This document shows positions 54,790 to 64,000 of a DNA stretch of 64,000 nucleotides, piece after piece; the stretch's first letter is position 1, and every line of letters starts with the position of its first letter. This DNA is from Salpingoeca rosetta. Lineage: Eukaryota > Protista > Choanoflagellata. The notes beneath the pieces are model-generated. The model saw only the letters and a list, made by a program, of their open reading frames with translations, was not told where the DNA came from and ran no database searches. The stretch covers positions 333,781 through 397,780 of the forward strand of contig JAWQFM010000012.1 of assembly GCA_033442325.1 (NCBI GenBank), read 5' to 3'. Made by a program: the position numbers and the translations under genes.

Positions 54790-55595
54790 ACAGGCATGAT
54801 GAAGGTCATGACATCACGTACGAGACTCGAGCATGGCGGAGAAGCGGGGAATGGCCGGCAAATCGTGCAGCAAATCCTGCAGACGAAGTTCCACCTCTGT
54901 ACACACATGCATGCACGTGCACGTGCACGTGCACACGCACACGCACACACATGAGAAACAATAATGCATAGCGGGCAATTGATTGCAAGGCAAGCCATAC
55001 ATCTTCATGGGGCAACACTTGATTCCCTGCCACACCTTCGAGTGCGGCATCAAGGGAGAACTGGGATGCCGGATGCTGTGCGCGGTCCCGTTGTTGACCC
55101 TGCCCCTGTTCCTGCTGACTCTGCTCTTGCGCTTGCTGCTGCTGTTGTTGCTGCGGTTGCTGTTGCTGCGGTTGCTGTTGCTGTGGCTGTTGTGGCTGCT
55201 GCCCTGGTGCGGGCTGGTGGTGGTGGTGGTGGTGCGGCTGATGATGGGGGTGGTGGTGGTGGTGCGGATGTTGGTGGGGGTGGTGGTGTCCTGCTGCCAT
55301 TTGGCGGGAAAGTTGGGCGGCCATCTGCTGCGCAATGGCGACCGACTGCCGCTGGATTTCGCTCATCTGCTCCTGTGACGGCGCGCCCGTTGCAGGGTCA
55401 ATGTCCACAACCTGGTCTCCGCCGAGCGTAAACGCCATGCCCTGTATTGAACACGTGTGAGCGTGTGAGTGCAAGGGAAAGAGTGGAGTTGGGAGCACAC
55501 GTACGCAACAGTGGGCGACAAGGTGATGGTTTTTTTTTTTGGGGGGGGGGGGAGGTACGTGGGGAACAATCAGGGAGAAGGGCAATTGACGCGTG

Positions 55596-55661
<66 letters not shown>

Positions 55662-56457
55662 CATCATCATCATCATCATCCTCATCATCATCACATCGCA
55701 AGAGACGGCACAGAACTTACGGGGCCGAAACCAGGCACTTGGAATGTGGACGTTGGGCCAACCGTCCAGGATTGGGTGTTTGGTGGGGCGGCATGAGCTG
55801 CCGGTGGCGTTGCATCCGCGCCATCCGAGTTGCCCGTGTCGTCAGATGGTGGCTGCGGTCGTGTGGTGGTTACGTGTACGTTGCAAAAGGCCGGTGAGTG
55901 TGTTTGCGAGTGAGGAGAGGAAGGAAGCCATATGCACAAAAGCAGCATACTGTGCAGGCATGCAGCGCAACGTAGAAGTGTGGCAACTGACCGCGCGTTG
56001 CACCAGGTGCACTGTGCTGCCGTCAGAGACGCCAGCATCCGCCAGCGTCTGCGAGTCGACAAGAGAACGGCCTTGAAACAGCAAACGCTGTGTTGCAGGC
56101 GACATGCCCTGTGTATGTGTGCGTGTATGTGTGCGTGTGTGTGGGAGGGGGGATTGTGCACGAGTGAATCAATGCTGAGACACTGTGGAAACGAAAGGCA
56201 CGTTGCATCTGCACGGTGTCATGTTGTTGGCGCCAAACAGCACTTGCATGCGCGCTTGCGCCATGCACAACACAACACCACTACCACGACTACAGCCAGC
56301 ATGACAACGGCAACAGCAACGGCAACGGCAAGAACAAGAGCCAGGTGGCTGTTTGTGTGTCATGTAAAGCGAGGATACAGTGGAAGCTGTGAACACATAC
56401 CCGAGCGCGCGAAATTGCCTCCTTCAGGTCAGCGACCGTGCCCTGTCGACGTGATGT

Positions 56458-56496
<39 letters not shown>

Positions 56497-56787
56497 ATGC
56501 ATGCACGGGCGCATGTATCAGTACGAACGAGGATGGCGGGTACCAATAACCCACAGCCGACAGCCACGCAGCCATACCGCCATGCACGCAAACGCACACG
56601 CGCACACGCGCACAAGCATGCGTATGCACACACGCACGTGTACACGTGCACCCACGTCTCCAACAAAAGAGCCATCCATCCATACCTGGCGCGAAACCTC
56701 AATTGAGAACGTTTCCTCCGTGATCATGCGGATGGACACCCGCATCATTGTGGATGAAGAAGACGATGGCGTAGTATTCGTGGACAT
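50908..56787 (-). CDS. N-terminal ubiquitin-like domain protein with Q/H-rich and coiled-coil regions (BAG6/Scythe-like)
   Basis: The spliced N-terminus MRVSIRMITEETFSIEV...TVADLKEAI...PATQRLLFQGRSL.DSQTLADAGVSDGSTVHLVQR is a UBL resembling that of BAG6. Downstream exons are low-complexity. Joining the 52465-50908 exons to this gene is inferred. Confidence 0.6.
55597..55692 (+). repeat. (CAT)n repeat, intronic
   Basis: Direct reading of the sequence. Confidence 0.95.
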
Positions 56788-57077
56788 GGCTGGTGCTTAT
56801 CGCCCTGGCTGCCGTTGGAATGGAACTGACTTGATGTGGTGAACTTGTTGGTCTAGTCGAGTGAAAGGTGCGCGCGATGTACGGAAAAGAGCGGGTTCGA
56901 CACAACACCAACACATTAGTTAGCAGATCATGGCAGATGTGAAGAAAAAGGCAACAACCGCTTCTGTTAGTTGCGCATCGAATTCATCTCCAACACAACT
57001 TTTCTTTTTTCATCTCGCGTCTTGCGTCTCTCGTGGTTTTTGCTGCACTGCTGCTTGTGCTTGTTGCAGAGTGAAGG

Positions 57078-60787
<3,710 letters not shown>

Positions 60788-60840
60788 AGTGCTGTCAGCA
60801 CACTCTTGCAGTTTCAAAGCGCCAATTATCTTTCCGTCCG

Positions 60841-60912
<72 letters not shown>

Positions 60913-60939
60913 GTCGTCGTCGCGTCGTGTGTCGTCTCT

Positions 60940-61271
60940 NNNNNNNNNNNNNNNNNNNNNNNNNNNNNNNNNNNNNNNNNNNNNNNNNNNNNNNNNNNNN
61001 NNNNNNNNNNNNNNNNNNNNNNNNNNNNNNNNNNNNNNNNNNNNNNNNNNNNNNNNNNNNNNNNNNNNNNNNNNNNNNNNNNNNNNNNNNNNNNNNNNNN
61101 NNNNNNNNNNNNNNNNNNNNNNNNNNNNNNNNNNNNNNNNNNNNNNNNNNNNNNNNNNNNNNNNNNNNNNNNNNNNNNNNNNNNNNNNNNNNNNNNNNNN
61201 NNNNNNNNNNNNNNNNNNNNNNNNNNNNNNNNNNNNNNNNNNNNNNNNNNNNNNNNNNNNNNNNNNNNNNN
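60940..61271. other. Assembly gap (Ns)
   Basis: Run of n characters adjacent to a (GT)n tract. Confidence 0.99.
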
Positions 61272-61917
61272 GTCTTCCTTCACACCCCAGCAACGCAGCA
61301 TGCACCACCACCTGTGTGGTGAGAGGGCTGGCCCAGCCCTCAGCGTTGTGCAGCAAGACCAGTGAACCACGTTTCGTTCCATGTGAGGTGACTGAGGAGC
61401 AGTGAACGTGACAGGCCCCACCAATTGGACGCTCGCCATTCCGTCCTCCCTCCCCCCTCTCTCTCTCTTTCCACCGCCAGCATCACCAGCACAAGCACCA
61501 TTGGTTCCGTTCCGTTCCAGCATTGCTCGTGGCTCGTCACTGACCTCGGTTTGTTGTTCAGTGGCTTGGCTTGGCTTGGCTTGGCTTGGGGTGCGGAAGC
61601 GGGGAGCGCACGCACACAAGAACAGAGGCCAACAGAGGAAAAACATCTTTCCAGCCCCTTGCAGTCAATTCTGCATATTTGGGCAGCGTTCGCAATGATT
61701 TGTCAAAGTTGCACTTTTGGACCAGCCACTCCGCACTCTCAGCACATTCAAGGACCTGGGTGCTGACGGACGGATGGACAGACGAACGGCTGTGGAGGAT
61801 GAATGACAGGAAACTTGCTTCCGACGCGACCTACCACGCCCTGTGCACGGTACGACTGAATGCGAACCAGCCCTGATTTACACGTTGTCGCTGCGACGTG
61901 TGTGTGCGTGTGTCTGT

Positions 61918-61948
<31 letters not shown>

Positions 61949-63243
61949 CCTGTCGGTCCATGTCTGTGTGTGTGTACTTGCGGTTCCTCAATGCTGCTGT
62001 GGATTCCATAGTTTTGGTGGCGGTGGTTCCTCAGACATTGTGTGCCTGTTTCGAGCACACATGCACGCTCTCCTTTGGTTGCCACTTCTCACTTTCTTTC
62101 TTTCTTTCTATTTCACACCACACTCGTACTCGCATCACACAAACATGCACACACAGAGCAATTTGCGGGCTCGTGTACGTGTGGTGTGAGACATCCCCCG
62201 ACATCCTGCTCAATTTGCGCTTCCCCCCACCACCACCACCAGCATCCATGGCGATGATGCGTGTGATGCGTGCTGTCCCATCTGGTGCACTTGTGGCGGC
62301 CCTGCACATGCACATCGCCATTCCCGCCAATGTCATTTGACCAATGACTGGATGTGCTGTTTGTCAGCTCTTCTCTTTTGCTGTGACACTTTTCCCGTCC
62401 TTCCTCATCGTTCTTTCAACGTTGCCCGCCTTCCTGCCGATAACTTGCTGTCCACACGCGCAGGGGCGTAAGCACGCCCATGTGTACACGTGTTCGTATG
62501 CACGTGTTCGTCCTTCCTTCTTCTCGTCTCCTCGTTCTTCTTCCTTCCTTCTTCCTTCTTTCGTCCCCAGCCCCAACCGTTAACGCCTCATTCAGCCGCC
62601 AAATTCAAATTTGTCATGTCTGTCTCTTGCACTACTGTCACTTCTCTCTCCCCCTCTCCTGCCCTCCTCTCCCCCTGTCCTCAACTTGACTATTCTCCTT
62701 CACTCGCCCCCACGTCTCTTCTGACTCTCTTTGTGCTTGCAAGCCAGCGCCGCAGCCGTTGTTTGTGTTGTCGAAATATTATTATTATGTGTTGTTGTCG
62801 TTGTCTGCGGCTGCTTGGGTATGGCTGGCGTGCTATATTGCTGTATTACTTCTTCCTCCCCATCGCAACGGTCATTTTCTTCTCTTGTCGCACATCCACA
62901 CATCTGCCACCGCTCTCTCGCACCTGCTGGCACGTTCACCCCTTCCCATCTCCACCAAGAAGCGAGCAAACCAAGCATGTCTTGCACCGTTGACGGTGTG
63001 TTGCCATCTGTGCATGCGCTTGCTAGCGTGTGTGCATCGTTGCATGCGCGCTTGCATTTGTGCGTGTGTGTGCTGTACATTTGCACCCTTTCCTCTCTTC
63101 CTTCATTCACACACACACACAAACTTGCTTGCTTGCTTGCGATCGCAATCTCGCTTTGTTGTGCCCATCATATCCATCCTCGCCACCCACCATCATCATC
63201 ACAACGGCCATACCCACACCATCACCACCTGCACCTGCACCAG

Positions 63244-63369
63244 AGCTCTCCTCCTCCTTCCCCGTCGACCTGACGGTGAGCACGGGTGTCAGCATTGCCC
63301 CGCGCAGCGACAAGCCAGCCAAAGGAGTACATGCACGCACCCAGGACCGCCAGCAAGGTGGGGCTGTTT

Positions 63370-63409
<40 letters not shown>

Positions 63410-64000
63410 ATATGAGTGTGTGAGTGAGGATATGAGAGTGTGGATGTGTATGATGCACTGCACTTCGCACTGCATCTGCACATACACACAGACGCACTCA
63501 CACACACATGCTGGGCACTCATGTATGCATGTATTCATGTGCGCGATCGCTTATTCAACATCTCATTCCGCTTTCGTCTTCTCGCTGTTGCATGCATGCA
63601 TGCACGCATGTATCCATTCCACACCCCCTCCCTCAATTACTCTCCCCCCTCCTCTTGTGCTGCTTCGCATGAATGCATGCCTGCAGGCCCCTGGCACAAC
63701 GTGCTTCGTTTGCCCAGGCGCCGCCGCCGCCGCCCCTCGCTCCCGGCCACCGAGTCCAGCCCCGCTGCTGCCCGTGGTGGTGGCCGCCGCTCCCGCCGCG
63801 TCACAGACACGGATCTCCTTGCCGTGACCCGTCGTGACGAGGAAACGGGTGCACCTGCTCCTGCTGGCCCCCGCCCGCGCCGTCGTCGCAGCTCGGCGAT
63901 TGTGCGGCGCGTGAGCAGCGCCCTGCGCATTGTCGGCTCTGCCGTGCGCGCCATTGTTCGCCGTAACCGCGCCCCAAGCACCAACAACAGCGACGATGGT
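63244..64000 (+). CDS. Probable 5' exons of a gene running off the window (Arg/Ser-rich, unknown product)
   Basis: AG-bounded GC-rich segments at 63244-63358 and 63688-64000, open to the window end (RRRRPSLPATESS...RRRRSSAIVRRVSS). The start codon was not established. Confidence 0.35.

Overview
Intron-rich eukaryotic DNA with (CA)n/(GT)n microsatellites in most introns. Composition and gene content suggest a choanoflagellate such as Salpingoeca rosetta (inference only). I spliced the genes by eye using GT-AG sites and frame continuity, so internal exon boundaries are provisional. In order: the 3' part of a CCDC174 homolog; an FAD-dependent monooxygenase; a ZFYVE19/ANCHR-like FYVE protein that appears to splice into a C-terminal atypical bromodomain; OXA1; a 5'-truncated Ty1/copia element with an uninterrupted pol; and a head-to-head pair of very large dermatopontin (DERM)-domain genes, one a type I membrane protein and one secreted with Sushi repeats and an NHL propeller. 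These are followed by an intronless F-box-like/LRR gene, a coiled-coil hypothetical gene, a Cys-rich-tailed calpain, a p24/TMED gene, a BAG6-like UBL gene, an opine dehydrogenase predicted to end in -KSKL, an N gap, and the start of another gene. The most notable observations are the divergent DERM pair with bacterial-looking C-terminal modules in giant exons, the predicted peroxisomal opine dehydrogenase, and the FYVE-bromodomain fusion.
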